From positions 2,418,001 through 2,482,000 of the forward strand of contig JAYWIR010000016.1 in NCBI GenBank assembly GCA_036172245.1: a stretch of DNA of 64,000 nucleotides, read 5' to 3'. Position numbers and translations under genes: made by a program. The DNA comes from Raillietiella orientalis. Its lineage: Eukaryota. The notes below the pieces were generated by a model. It was not told the DNA's origin, did no database searches, and worked only from the letters and a program-made list of their open reading frames with translations. Positions within the stretch are counted from its first letter, which is position 1; each line of letters begins with the position of its first letter. This document shows positions 38,851 through 51,270 of the stretch, one piece after another.

Positions 38851-40559
38851 CGCGACGCATAATGCCACGCGCGGAAGCCTTAACCACAAAGCCTCCGACG
38901 CGGGCGAGGCTTTCTTTCAGGGCACCCTACGTCAGCCCATCCCCTGCCTGCGAGCCGTGGAGTCCTCCTCGAGCAGGGTGTGGATGGAAGTAGGTGGAAC
39001 TATGGTTTTCCCATACCATTCCAAGCGCTCTCTCAAATCCTGATTCCCACGAGTAGAGGGGACCCAATCGCTTCTTTCGGGATCGAGTAAGGAAGGTTCC
39101 GGACACATGTGGGTTGGGATCGAGGGCGGTTGGAGTGAAGGAATAGGAACAGCACCCTCGCTTGCGAAGCTGGGTTGCCCGAGGCGCTTTCCTCGTGAGT
39201 CGAGAACCGACAGTGCCGGCATGAGTTGTCGTATCTTCCGGGATAGGGGACCGCCTACGCATAGAGAGCGCTTCAGCAATCTGGAGACCTCTGCGCCTCA
39301 AGCAGGAGTCGATGACGAGCCTCGATTCCTTTGTTTCCTTCCCCTGTCCCTGCAGGCATGCAAAACGCCACAACTGGGATTCCTTCCCGTCGACGTTGAA
39401 AGCGTTCTCCCGTTCTGAGGGGCAGGAAGCGTCTCTCGTGGCTCAGGAGCGCTGCGGAGCTGAGGGAAGACAGGGAACTGACAGCCGGTATGAAGGCACA
39501 TCGCATCGGGGGAGGTAGTTGGTTCAGCTGGCCTGCTCCCCCTTCGGCGAATTAAGGAAACCTACCCATTCGGATCCGTGCTCCGAAAGGAGGATGCGAA
39601 AGAGGAGGAAGGAAGATGTAGGATTTTCCCGTCGTGCCCGGGTGCGCGTGGGTGGGCATCAGGGAATGGAATCGGCAGCATACGGAGAGCCGGCTGAGAC
39701 GCACCCTCCGCTTCGGACACTGTCAGCGTGACCACGAGGACAGCGGAATTCAGTCGCGGAAGCTTCCTTCCATCCGGATCGCGCAAAACGGGTCTGGCAC
39801 TGAGCTCCCGTTCGCCCTTCGCCCTGCTCTCTCCTTTCTCCCCGGAGGATGGCCTTCCCGACAGTGGAGTTTGTTTCCCTCAGATTTCTCGCAGGGCACG
39901 CTCTTCCCACGGATCCATTCTTGTTGTTTGTGGGTTCGAAAAGGTGGCTCGTAAAGGCACGCTCCCTTCCTCCTCCATTGCTGTGGAGGAACAATGGAAA
40001 AGAGGACAAGAAGGAATACAGAGCGAGGTGGCTTCGGACTTCTTCAGAGGTCAGATCCCGTATGGAGGGACTCCTTCTCCCCTGATGGATGAGAGGATGA
40101 TGGACCGAAATGCTGCATACGTTCCCGTTGCAAGGTGGAATGGAGGAATGGAGGAGGAGGACCTTCCGAACCCGACCATGGTGGGGTGCAGGGGTCACAC
40201 GGCTTCAGCCACGCGCTCAGAGAGGTCTCGACGATCGTCAGACATGCAGGCAGATGTGGTCAGCCAGGATTGGTCTCCGTAAAGAGAACCAGTTTCGGCC
40301 TTGGGCTTTCTGACTGACCGTGTCCCGGATGCTGGGAGTGACGATGGGGCCTTCCAGGCTCACACAATCCCTCATGCAAAGAAGGAAGCGGCGACGTCCT
40401 TCTTCGTAAGGTGACTCGGAAGGGAACGCCGTGATTGCATTTCGGGAAAGTTCCCGCTGAAGTTCCCGCAGAGGTCGGAGGAGACCTTCGTGAGGGAGCC
40501 AGCTGGGATCGGGAGGGGAAGACGGTGACTGTCAGAAGGCTTGCAGATGGCGGGAGATT

Positions 40560-41950
40560 GCCTGTGAAATGAGGATCAATGCAAACAAGGAAAAACTTCT
40601 CGAGTACGTCTCATTACCCCTGGCAACTAGGGAGAAAAGGGATCTTTCGCGGAAATGGTTCTCGGATCGCAAACGAACTTTCCTCCCCTCAGGAATCCAT
40701 ATCCTGCCTGGCAGACTCCTTAGGGAGGTGGCGTCCCCCATGACGAGAGTGGCAGGATACGCTTCCCCCTTGAGAACTCATTCGGAGATTTTCCTTCTTC
40801 TCACTTGTTACCATGTAAGGACCGACTGCTTCAATGGGCACGGAAGTGCAAAAGGCGGAGAGAGGTGACGAAGGCCTTCCTCATGACAACGCATAAACTG
40901 CATATCGTCAAGTGTCAGGGCATTTCGTTGTCAGGCTTCCCGCAGCAGAGGTGCCTGTCGGCGTTCCGCACGAACGGGCACGTAGCGTGCATTCATCCTT
41001 GCAGCCTCTTCTTTACTGCCACTTGCTCCGCGCAACGCGCTTAAGACCCGCGTTTCCTTAGTGCCGTCCTTCCGTGGGCCAGCGTTCCTTGCGAAGGAGC
41101 GATCATCATCTTGCCGGCAGATAGCGAAACTTCCAGAACGATCGTCCCATCATGGGAGGAAGGAAGGAAGAAAAAGGAAATAGGAACAGTCGCTCGAGGA
41201 TCAATACGAAGAGTGGGAGAGTCAGCTTGCTAGCGCACGTTCCGCGCAGATCTTCGAGCTGCCGTGCGGCATGGGTCCCCGCGCTGTGGAAAATTTCACC
41301 CGTCGGGACGTGATTCGGGTTCCGGACTCGAATCGTGGGGGCTGCTCCTCCCTTGAAGAGTCATCTAAGTCATCTAATTCCATTGAGCAGCTCCTGCCAC
41401 ACTCAATCACATCCTCCGGAGAGCTCCTCTCCGCGCCAGGAAGGAGGTGGGAGGGGAGAGGCAAGCACTTCCTGAGACTCGGCACGTTCCCGCAGCTGCT
41501 TGGGACCTCCTCGAAGAGGAACAATGAGGGTATGCTTAACGAGGGAGCTGCGGCGGAATGCAAAGATTGCCCGTAAATCATCCTCCACGGTGATTTTTCT
41601 GAATCGGTCCCTGCTTCAGGCACCGAGAGGGATTCGAGCCCATTGTCTGGTTTCGCGCGTCCTACTCCGCAGGTCCCCAGCACGTCCTTCATCCGGAGGA
41701 TCGGGATGCAAACGATCGGAACCCTGGTGCTCGCTCGTGGGCGCGTCCCGTTACTCGGCGTCCGGGGGGAAGGGGGCGAGCTGGAGGAGGCAGTCAAGTC
41801 CTTCCTTACTTGCAGGCGCCCGAAAATTCGGAGAGGGCAGGCTACTCGGGTGCAACAACTCACCGTGCGCACCCCCCCACCCATTCCCTCGATTCTTCCG
41901 GATCGCTTCGGATAAGACGTGGCCATCTCACCGGGCTTCACGTCCACCTG
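40560..41950 (+). mobile_element. Decayed ORF1 (zinc-knuckle-like) plus APE endonuclease region of an L1/Tx1-like element
   Basis: YHVRTDCFNGH and RCLSAFRTNGHVAC (CCHC-knuckle-like); DCP*IILHGDFS at about 41566-41600 resembles the APE IxxGDFN motif. Confidence 0.4.
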
Positions 41951-44689
41951 GCAGGAGTAAATTTGAGGCAAGCAAAGCCCTCGGGTAGTGTTCCAGAGAT
42001 GCTTCACGTGTCCTACCAACTGTACCATTTGATGCGTTCCCAACTGCATGTTCTTTAGCATCCCATGAGATGGATTTCATTTTCTCTTTCTTTCTGCAAG
42101 GAGCAACATTTTTTTTTCTTTCAAGTTCATCTGTGGCTGTCGCTTAGTTACTCCAACTTGCTCTCTTTTGCTGGGGTGATGGAACTGATCCGGAATCACC
42201 ACGGATCTTCTCTTTCCTCTTGCTCTTCCTGCACTGCAAGTCTGGCAGATGAGGATGTTTGGACGAATGTAAGCAGGGGAACACTCTTCTGAATGCCGGG
42301 ACGTGAGTCTCCTTCCCTAGGATGCTCAGTGACGTCACCTTTCTTAGCCTCGGAAATCATTCTTCTCTTGCTACCTCTAATTTCTGTGCAACCCCTCTCA
42401 CACGAGGCGAGATGCCTGCCTTCTTGTCTCAGAGCCGCTCTTCTTTAATGATTCGGGACGCACTTCCGGACTTGGTTCCTGTGAGCTCCGTGCGCACGAG
42501 TGATGTCTCCCGATCCTCTTTATCTTCTGGATGCGCCCGCCGCCGGCGAAAGGCGAACCCACGACGGATGCTCAAAAAGGGTTAGAGGCTCTCCATGGGA
42601 GTTGGGAGGGCCACTTGGTGGGTCTGACGAAGCAGTCTCAAATCTCCCCGGCTTTTCGTTGGGGGTACGTCCCCACCAGCCCAAGCCCTGATTTGGTCAT
42701 GTCGTTGCACGATCTAAAAGCCGATGGTCTACTCCCGGTAAGTCGATCACGGGGGTCCGCGCTCGGTGGCTCGGAGGGTCTCCTGGCCGGTGGGTTCATC
42801 AGGTTCCGCAAGGCTGTGCTGGAGGACGACACCATCCGGTCTGATAACCTGGCTCGCGCACGTTGCTAGGATGCAGCATTTGCAGAGAGCAAGGTCTCCT
42901 TGGGAATTGCGGTGAGTCGACGACGATCACGTGAACTGACGCTCGCAGTTCCAGCGTTTCCAGAGAGCACACCGCGGCTCCCCAGTATTCCCTCTTATTT
43001 TCGGCTGGAGAGTCTTGGATACCATCGTCGTGCTTTCCGATGGGCAGCCATGTGTGGATTATGATGACGTTGATTCAATGACCCTCTTTTTTAGTCGAAT
43101 TTAGGAAGAAGAGACAATTCCGCGCCGGAGGTCTCCTGGCTGCTGGACTGGAACTCCCGTTTTCCATCAGTCGTCTCCTTGATGATAGTCGATCAAGGTG
43201 TTGTGCTTCCTGGTGTTCGGTGCCGTTCTCGAGGATCCAAAAATCTGGTGCTGAGGCCATTTCTGTTCCATGTCTGGTGCCGACAACAAGATCTCCTTTC
43301 CGTTGCTCGGATGGAGGTCAAGAGTTGGAGGCAGAAATGCGTTTGCAGTCCGCAAAGCTCAGGTGGTCAGGGCCCACTGCTAAGAAAATGCCTAGAGCCA
43401 TAGAGTCATCCAGCGCCTCGCACGGCCCTGTCCATCGATTCGGGATCGCCTCGCCTCCCTGTGTCGAATGGCGCAAACCTCTGGGGGTTGAAGTTCCGTC
43501 TTAAATTGCAATCCAAAGGTTGCCCCCACCACCAGACCATTTCGGGTTTGTTTCCTCGGAAGAAGATGTCCATGAGAGGCGATCCGTGATTCATTTCTCA
43601 GATGTGTCATATGGACACGAAAAAGGTAGGGCGATGGGTGGGTATGAGTGATAAAAGGCAGAAGCAATGATGAAAATGGGGTAGAAAGAAGCAGCTGTTC
43701 ACCAGCAAGGTGAAGATAGTGGAATCTCAACGAAAGTAACCTCTGGATAGGATATTCGGACCGCTTAATGAATATGTTAATGATGTCAACGATCCCAGCG
43801 GCTTGAACATGATGATCATAATAGTAGCCACCGATGGCACCAACAATAATCACGAAACCACTATAATGGAATGCGAACGGCAGTGATGGCAAAGCATCGA
43901 TGATGGCACCAAAGAGGTGACAATCTCGGGAACAAAGGTGACCATGGAAGTAGCCGTGAGAGACCAAAGAACTGAAGAAAGAAATAGCCGCAAATACATA
44001 GAAGAATAGCAGTGAGACGTCATCCTGAAAGCCATGGAAATTTCTAACGGTAATTATAGCAAGAAGAAACAGTAACCATAGCAACCAGGGCGTTCACGAA
44101 ATCTGTGTCGCTCCTTTAGAAACCGGATGGAAGCTCCACAAAGACTCAACCACAAGTTTCAAAGAAGGTTCGAAGAAGTGGAAATGCGGAGTTCGGGCTA
44201 ATTAGCAGGACGCGAAGCAGGGAAAGGGAGCCGCAAGCTTCCAGACTATTGGAAAGACAAGGACCGCGGGGCTGGAATTTATCCAGCGTTCCATGTCATC
44301 CATATAATACCCTTCGCCCTTTTAAAGGCGTGTAGAATTTGGCGATCTTATTTTCTCCCAAGCATCTGATTGCAGCAGGGTGATGACACGCAAAATTGTA
44401 TGTCCCGGGAAATAACGAAGAATCAGCGACCACGGTGATACTTAGGAGAAGGAAAAAAAACATTTCAGAAAAAGAACATCTACCAAATTTAGTCTGTGCT
44501 TTTCTTATAAAACTACAGCTGCTGATGCTTTTTCATTTCTTCTGTTTTTGAAATTTGCTTGGCTCGGCTCTCGGCAAGTGATCCATGGATGACTTCTTCG
44601 GGTCACGTAGAAATCGCAAGGAAGCTTTGGATTGCACATAAGCTAGCTCTTGCTAATTGGTTATTGGATCTGAGAGGAACGGGCTCTTG

Positions 44690-44830
44690 ATGATGGACAC
44701 GGAGCATATGCACTCGATCTTTCATCTTCCAGTTGGACCTCATAGTACGACGGGCACCGTTATCATCCGCCCCGTGTTCGACCAGCAGCGTCTCTTGAAT
44801 TTTGGACAAGCCCTACAGCCTTACAGGATA
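44690..44830 (-). pseudogene. Possible ankyrin remnant
   Basis: KIQETLLVEHGADDN resembles LLxxGADVN; single motif only. Confidence 0.25.
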
Positions 44831-45907
44831 AGCATCCTTGTCTTCCGTCTGGCGACGTTGGCATATTCTTGCTAGTTTGAAGACCGCAGAGGATTTCGGG
44901 AAGATTATAGTGCTGTTCTTTGTCTCTTCCGCCTCGAACGGATTGCTAATCAGACAAAGAGCGAATGCCCTTTGCATTCGAACAGGCTCTTGCATGCAGA
45001 GCTCAGAAGTGAAAACGCTGGAAGAAGAGAACATCGGCATCTCGGTGTCGATCTTCTCACCTTGGAATGGTTTCGTTTTCTAGCGTTTCTTCGTGAAAAC
45101 TTTTGAGACTGAGATAAGCAAGAACGTCCCATGTCACGGATAGCTAGCGCCAATGAAATTCCAGGTCTTCGGTGCTCTGTCGTCTGCAACCACAGAGCGA
45201 CATCTGCTGTGCCAGATTTGTCTTCATTCTTTGGTAACGGAGGAAAAAAGCATTAAATTCGCCTGTGGCAAGTTTCCCGCTGGTCGGAGACGCCTCGACT
45301 AATCAGCATCCAAACCATTCCGAGCAGCACAAGACAAGCACTTCAGCGGCCCAACTCGGAGAAGGTTCCTAGGAACGTAGGTGGCATCTCAAATGCAGAT
45401 GAAATGGAGTACGATCAACAGGGAAGCAGACAGCAGGAAAGGCTTTCAAGTAGCAAGCGTTCTCTCGTCATCTCTGGCAGCCGCAGCTGGTCTGTCCATC
45501 TTTTTGCTCTGATTCCGGTTTCTGCGCATTTTTTAATTGTCAGTGCTTTCCTTGTGTCTTCCTTTTACTAGTCATAAGACGTGATAATTGATCCCGGAAG
45601 GGTAAAGGAAGGAAACGGTTATCGTTGGGATGCTCCTCAGGAAATCTTGAAATCGAAAAGCGACGTGCCACAGGCCGATGACAACTGCGCATCGCTTACA
45701 CAGCCCATGAACGAGGCTGGGGGTTTCGAAAACTCTTAAAGCATGCAGCCTTTACATCTGTCCACTTGCAAAAAGGCAGAGCGGTCAGAAATTGGATTGC
45801 GGTGATTTGCTCCATCTCTTTTCGAATTGGGATCCGTGAGGTGCAGAATCTCTGCATGCTCAGCGAAGCTTCGAAAGGGAGTGGCTGGAACACGAAGGGC
45901 AATGACA

Positions 45908-46013
45908 CGTCAGGAACGAGATTCGAACCCACGTCCTCACGTGTAGGCCAGAATTCGCAAAGCAGGAAACTTCCTCATGGACCCAGAGCCTTGGAACGAT
46001 TGGCCATGACCTC
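45908..46013 (-). pseudogene. Degenerate intron-containing tRNA-Leu(CAA)-like pseudogene
   Basis: Minus strand reads GTCATGGCCAATCGTTCCAAGGCTCTGGGTCCATGAG-[about 20 nt]-TTCTGGCCTACACGTGAGGACGTGGGTTCGAATCTCGTTCCTGACG, collinear with metazoan tRNA-Leu(CAA) (..ATGGCCGAGxGGTCTAAGGCGCCAGACTCAAG-intron-TTCTGG..GCGTGGGTTCGAATCCCACTTCTGACA); stems and anticodon are mutated. Confidence 0.65.
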
Positions 46014-47569
46014 CCGATCTCATTCTAGATAAGGGAACGTCCGCCATCCAGTTTCCAGGAAACGACGAAGGCATGAGACAATTAAAGGCTAGAGACCCTC
46101 TCAGATCGGAGACTCCAGGTGGAGTTCTTTTCAGCACTCGGAAGGCTGCACATCAGGGTCGTGTCGAGCATGTGTTGTCAGCTTCGTTTTTCGGATGGAA
46201 GGAGGCTGAAATTCATCCTAGCCGAGAAAAATCCAGGAAGAGCAGATGAGGAAGGCACGAGAGGAGCGCCGACAGGTAAAAATCACATGGAAAGTGGAAT
46301 CGAAAGGACCAGGATTCACTGACCGTTGGCTGCAGACACATGGAATGTAAGTGCGATCAGTGATAGTTGTAGGCCCTTCCTTGTTTATCGTACTCCATTT
46401 CATCTCTATTTACGATGCCGCCTACGTTCCCAGGAGCCTTCGCTGGGTTGGGCTGCTGAAGTGTTTGTCTTTGCTGCCCGATGACGTTCAGGAAGTAACT
46501 GCATGCTAATTCGTAGAGGCGTAGCAGACCAACAGGGAATTTTGAACGGCATATACCTTGTTCTTCGATCTGGTACTCTTTGGAGTAAAACGCTATCACT
46601 CCCGGAAATTAGTCCAGTCCTTTCCCTGCGCGTTAATGACGCCTCGGATGAAACGCGGCAGAACGCCCACATCGTAGCGATCATCGAGGATGCTGCCTTT
46701 CTCCGCCCGGAGGTGCATCTTGAAGTAACCAGTGCTGTGGGGTTTATCCATCTGCTCCTCACAGAGAGCCGAGGCTACGCGGGTCCCGTTGGACCGCGCA
46801 TTGCATTCTTACGCTGTTGATGTTCCGGTAGCCAGGTGGCCAGTGTAATCCCGATCTTTCCATTTCACTGTCACTCATGGCACACTGAATCAGGAAAGAA
46901 ATGACGCAGGCTTCAGTCGAAGGGCCGACTTGGCATCTGCCTCTGGAAAGTTCAGAATGACCCACTGCTCGAGAATCCTGGCGACATGTTGAGCGAGATC
47001 TCCTCGAGAGTGGTGTGATTTGATCCTGGAATGTTTGCCGCTCATCCTCTGCCTCAGAGATCCTCAGTGCCTTAGTGAGGCGCTGAATTTTGAGATGAGG
47101 ACCAAGAAGCGTACAAAGACGGCACTACATCGAGGATGAGCGTTTCATCTCCGAACCAGGGAGGAAAAGGGGGAATCTGGAAGGTGCTGCACACGAACTC
47201 AAAACTCCAATGTCAATCCAGAAGTAGGACGCAACATCCGAAGGAATGCATTCCGGTGCGTCACCTCAGATGAGAAAGCATTTCTTGGCCATTCGGGCTC
47301 CTCGAGCTCGTCGCTAAAGGGGCGGGGATTTTCGGTAGTCCTCGCGCGCTTGCTTGCTGGATCAGCCGCATTTTGCTGTCCTGATTTGAGACCGTCCGCA
47401 GATGATTCCGGTACGCTGCTGAGAAGCTGAGACCCCACTTTACTTCCCCTGCGTCGATACTCTCTAGAGTTCGAGATGTATCCATAAAGAGTTGAATCTT
47501 CAAGGAGGGAGGTGTAAAGTTGGGGGAGGGAGCTAGGGCGACTGACCAGGCATACCCTCGTGGATCTCG

Positions 47570-48225
47570 GGACTCGTGTTGGTGGTCGTGTGGCTGAGGT
47601 CTCTGTGCATGGCACCAAGCGTTGAGGGTTCGAATCTCCACGTGGAGGATCTTCGCCGAGCAGTGGTTGAGTCATGGACTAAAAGTTCCTCTCCTTCCTC
47701 TTTCCCTTGCAGAATGACGACACCGATTGGTCCATGGACTTTGGTTGCGGCGGATTTCCGGCTGCTTACACCGCACCAGTGTAAGCAGCCGGAAACCGGA
47801 TGCCCCCGTTGACTGGCCGCGATTGGGAATTGACCCTCCAAGATTCTTCCGGGAACCACGGAGCTTTGGATTCCCCTCCAGTTGTGGGAAGCAGAGCCTC
47901 TTCCCCCTCGAGGGGTTGCCTCTTTAGGGCATCAAGAAAAGCGCTGCTCCCTTCGGAAAGCATCCCTTAGAGAAATCTGGAAGCGCCCCTTCGGGGGAAA
48001 CAACTCTTCACAAGAGGAAACGGAGCGGTTCCCTTGCGGGTTACAGGAGCGGATCCTTTCGAGTTCCCTCCAAAGAAATGAGGAACAGACCCTTCCGTGG
48101 TTCCTTTTGGGGTTCCCCCACCAAGCGTAAGAGAAACGAACTCCTCCGGAGCCTTCCTGGACTCATAGAGTGGTTCCTACAGGGTTGTCCCCTAGCTGGA
48201 GGAGTTGCACGCCCCCTAGTCCGGC
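47570..48225 (+). mobile_element. tRNA-headed SINE-like element copy
   Basis: TGGTGGTCGTGTGG..GGCACC..GGGTTCGAATCTCC head at 47580-47640, body repeats, and 3' CCGGAGCCTTCCTGGACTCATAG. Confidence 0.75.
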
Positions 48226-50963
48226 TTGGACGGTGCTGAAAGAGCTTCTTGAGCGCCCCCTAAGGAGGCGAACGGTTCTTCAGCACTTGGCGATCCACGA
48301 TCGTGGAACTTCCTGCACTGCTGCAGCATCCTTTGCCAACTCGCCTCGATGCTTCATCAGCCAATGCCGTGGGTCACCAGAGGTGCACGAGATCTTTGTC
48401 TCGTGAAGGTTCCCTAATTCTGGACCGCATTCGTGCAGCAGTCCAGCAGGGGACGTGCTGCGACGATGCGTGACGAAACGAGCAAATCGACTTGACTGGT
48501 TGAGAAGCGCCTGATGCGAAGCAGACGGCAGTCTCCAAGGAGGCTGCTTGCTCCACATAGCCGTCCTCACTTCATTCCAGAACGGAACCGGGAAGCTGCT
48601 GCTCAGCCAGAAGGAACGGAAAGAACGAACCAAAAGGCGGTTCGGGAGCAACCGAGTGCCACGAAACATGTGCGTTCCCAGTCCCTCTCCTCTGATGGAA
48701 CCGAACTCTCATCCTTCCTTCGATGTATCCCGTTTCTTCCTTTCTCTCCTCTCGTTCTCTGTCTTTTTCCCTTCTTTCTTTCTTTCTCTCTTCTTGCATC
48801 CCCGTGTTCCTCCCTGGCGCCTTCCCCAGCTAGAGAGGGCTCTGCGAGGAAGATGCCCGTAGAACCCTCTCGAAAATCTTCATCATCCAGGAATCGATAT
48901 GCGTCGAACGGCGTGCCTTCCGCCGCGCACACATGCAGGGGGACCACGTTGGTACTTCGACAGTCCGTTCCACAGCGGTTTCGTAAACCGGACTGGCTCT
49001 GCCCCGGGCGACGTCGTTCCCCGCTCATCATCCTTCGGGAAGGCTGGTGGATCCTGGGAGAAGTGGTGCCCACACCGCCGCCGTCGTTCCCAGCGGAGGG
49101 GTCGCTGCATGCCGGCCGGGAATGCTGGGCGGGGTCCTGCGCTTCCCCTCCGGCTGCGGCTCCCAAAAAATAAGAGGAAAAGGAGATGCGGGGGGAGGGG
49201 GAGAAAGCCACTCTCCCGCCCTCCCCCCCTCTGATTTCCTGCGGGTCTCTGCAAAGGAAGAGGGTGTCGAGAACGGGAGCGCGCACACGTCCCCTGTTTC
49301 CGGATGCCGTCTCGCACGCCTTCCCTGCATCGCACGTCCGTGGCGACCTTCGCGGCGCGAAGCAGCCTCCCCGCGGCCTCGCCTTCACGGGAGCGCCCGC
49401 ATCCCAGGGCTGCCGTGCGGCCCCACGGTGCCGGCGAGGGAGCTCCGAGCGGCCCGATCTCTCCCGGCCGGGACCGTCCGCCTCTCCCGGAGCGTACCGC
49501 GCGGCAACCTCTTTTAAACGTCTCCAGTGGTACTCCGTGAATTCGAGGGGCGGAGCGAAGGACTTGTATCCTGGAGAAATTAAAGTACTCTCGGACGAAA
49601 GTAGGAAAGGAAAGTGGACCGCGGATCCCCAGTCGCAAGATGGAATGAGTTGTCGTGCACCTCGCAGATGGAGCTGCAGTAGGAACGCGGGACCGAATCT
49701 TCCGGAGAAGAAGGAACCGGTGCGTCATCGGGTCACGGGAAGGACCCCGTTCTGCTAGTTGGATCGGTTCCCGGCGGGAAGAGAAATTTGGCCAGTTTTT
49801 CGCATCCCCGCCCCCTTCCTTCCTTCCTCCTTTTCTCCTCCCTCCTCCTCTTCCTCCCCTTCCCCTTTCGATCTCCTCCCTTTCCCGTTTTTCGTTTTCC
49901 GGCCCCCTTCGCTCTCCCTGAGGCACCCGAGGTGCTCCTGCTAACATCCCTGGCGCAATCGGCCCCCGTTCCAAATGATCAGCGATCCTGGATGCTGGAG
50001 AAAAGTCAAGCAGTGGTGATGGATGACCAGAAACCGCGGAAATACTCTTTCATAAGGACAGCCTTCCTGCTCCTGACAGTGAAGAAGATCTTTCGAAAGA
50101 AGAGGAAGAGTCTGTCCTACAGGCGGATGGAAATCCCAAGGTAAAAAGAGATCGTTTGCTTGGGGCATGATTCTTGCCTGCATGCATGGCGTGATGGGAG
50201 GAGAGGGGAGCAGTCGCGAATTGCAGACCAACCGGTGCCTTGCGCTGGCACGCGGCATCAGTGGTGATGCCATCCACCCTTTGCGTGGGAGGAAGGCCTC
50301 AGTGGTGCTCTGGTAGATGAACGGACGGTGATGCTTCCGTGAGGGATGGGACGGCGTCGCGCACCCAGAACGGTCCCGAGTTTGGTAGACGGCTATTGGC
50401 CGGTGCCAGAGGAAGAAAAAGGAAACGCCACGGCCTTCCCTTCCTGATCTTTCGCGGCCCTCGCTCGACCGGTCCCGGTCGCCTTCATCCTGAGCCAATC
50501 GCTGGTGCTGCAGGAGGGCCTTTGCGAGGAACAGCAGGCACTTTCCTCCTGCTGGCCGCGCCACCAAGCCTCGGAGGCTAGGATACGGCAGGGTGAAGGG
50601 AGAGCTGGAACGAAACGAGCGAACCAGGGGATGGGATGGGAGCAGGGTACCAGCACCCTCCCGCCATCCAGGTGCCGTCTTCCTCAAATGGCAGTGCCTC
50701 GCCCATGTGCGCGGGCTTTTCCTTTCTCCTCCCCTGGCGGCAGGTCGCATTTTTCCGCTTTGCTTTATCCAGGAAGGGACCAGGGAAGAGGTCGGGATGA
50801 GGGACGCCGGAAGGGAGGCATGTTGAGGGAATCGGCAAGCGGGAAGGGGGGAAAAAGGCAAAGGAGGAGAAGCAGCGGCCCCGCGTACCTCGGGGAACTC
50901 TCTCACGCGCTGTCACGCGATGATGGAAATCCTTTTCTGTCTTCGCAGTTATTCGACACGGTT

Positions 50964-51270
50964 CCACGCCACCCGAGGGTGGGTGCTCTCCAAGATAGGG
51001 GATACCTCGGGAGGGGTCCGCCCTATGAATCCAGGAAGGACTCGGAGTCCGTTCCTCTCACGCCTCTCATCCCTGGAAATGGAGATCACCTCCACCCTGG
51101 TTGTCTCCGAAGGGGAATCCGGAAGGGAAATCTCCTCCAGCAGGGAATCTCTTTCCTTATTCTCTCCGAAGAGAGCCTTGGAGGGATCTGCTCCAGTTTT
51201 TCTTCTCTTAGGGGAACCCGGAAGGGATCTGATCCTGCTTTTACTCCTCTGAAGAGAACCCAGAAGGGTC
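50964..51270 (-). mobile_element. 3' half of the SINE-like element
   Basis: GGGTCCGCCCTATGAATCCAGGAAGG(A)CTCGGAGTCCGTTCCTCTCACGC is nearly identical to 38132-38181; 3' hairpin CCACGCCACCCGAGGGTGGGTG. Confidence 0.75.
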
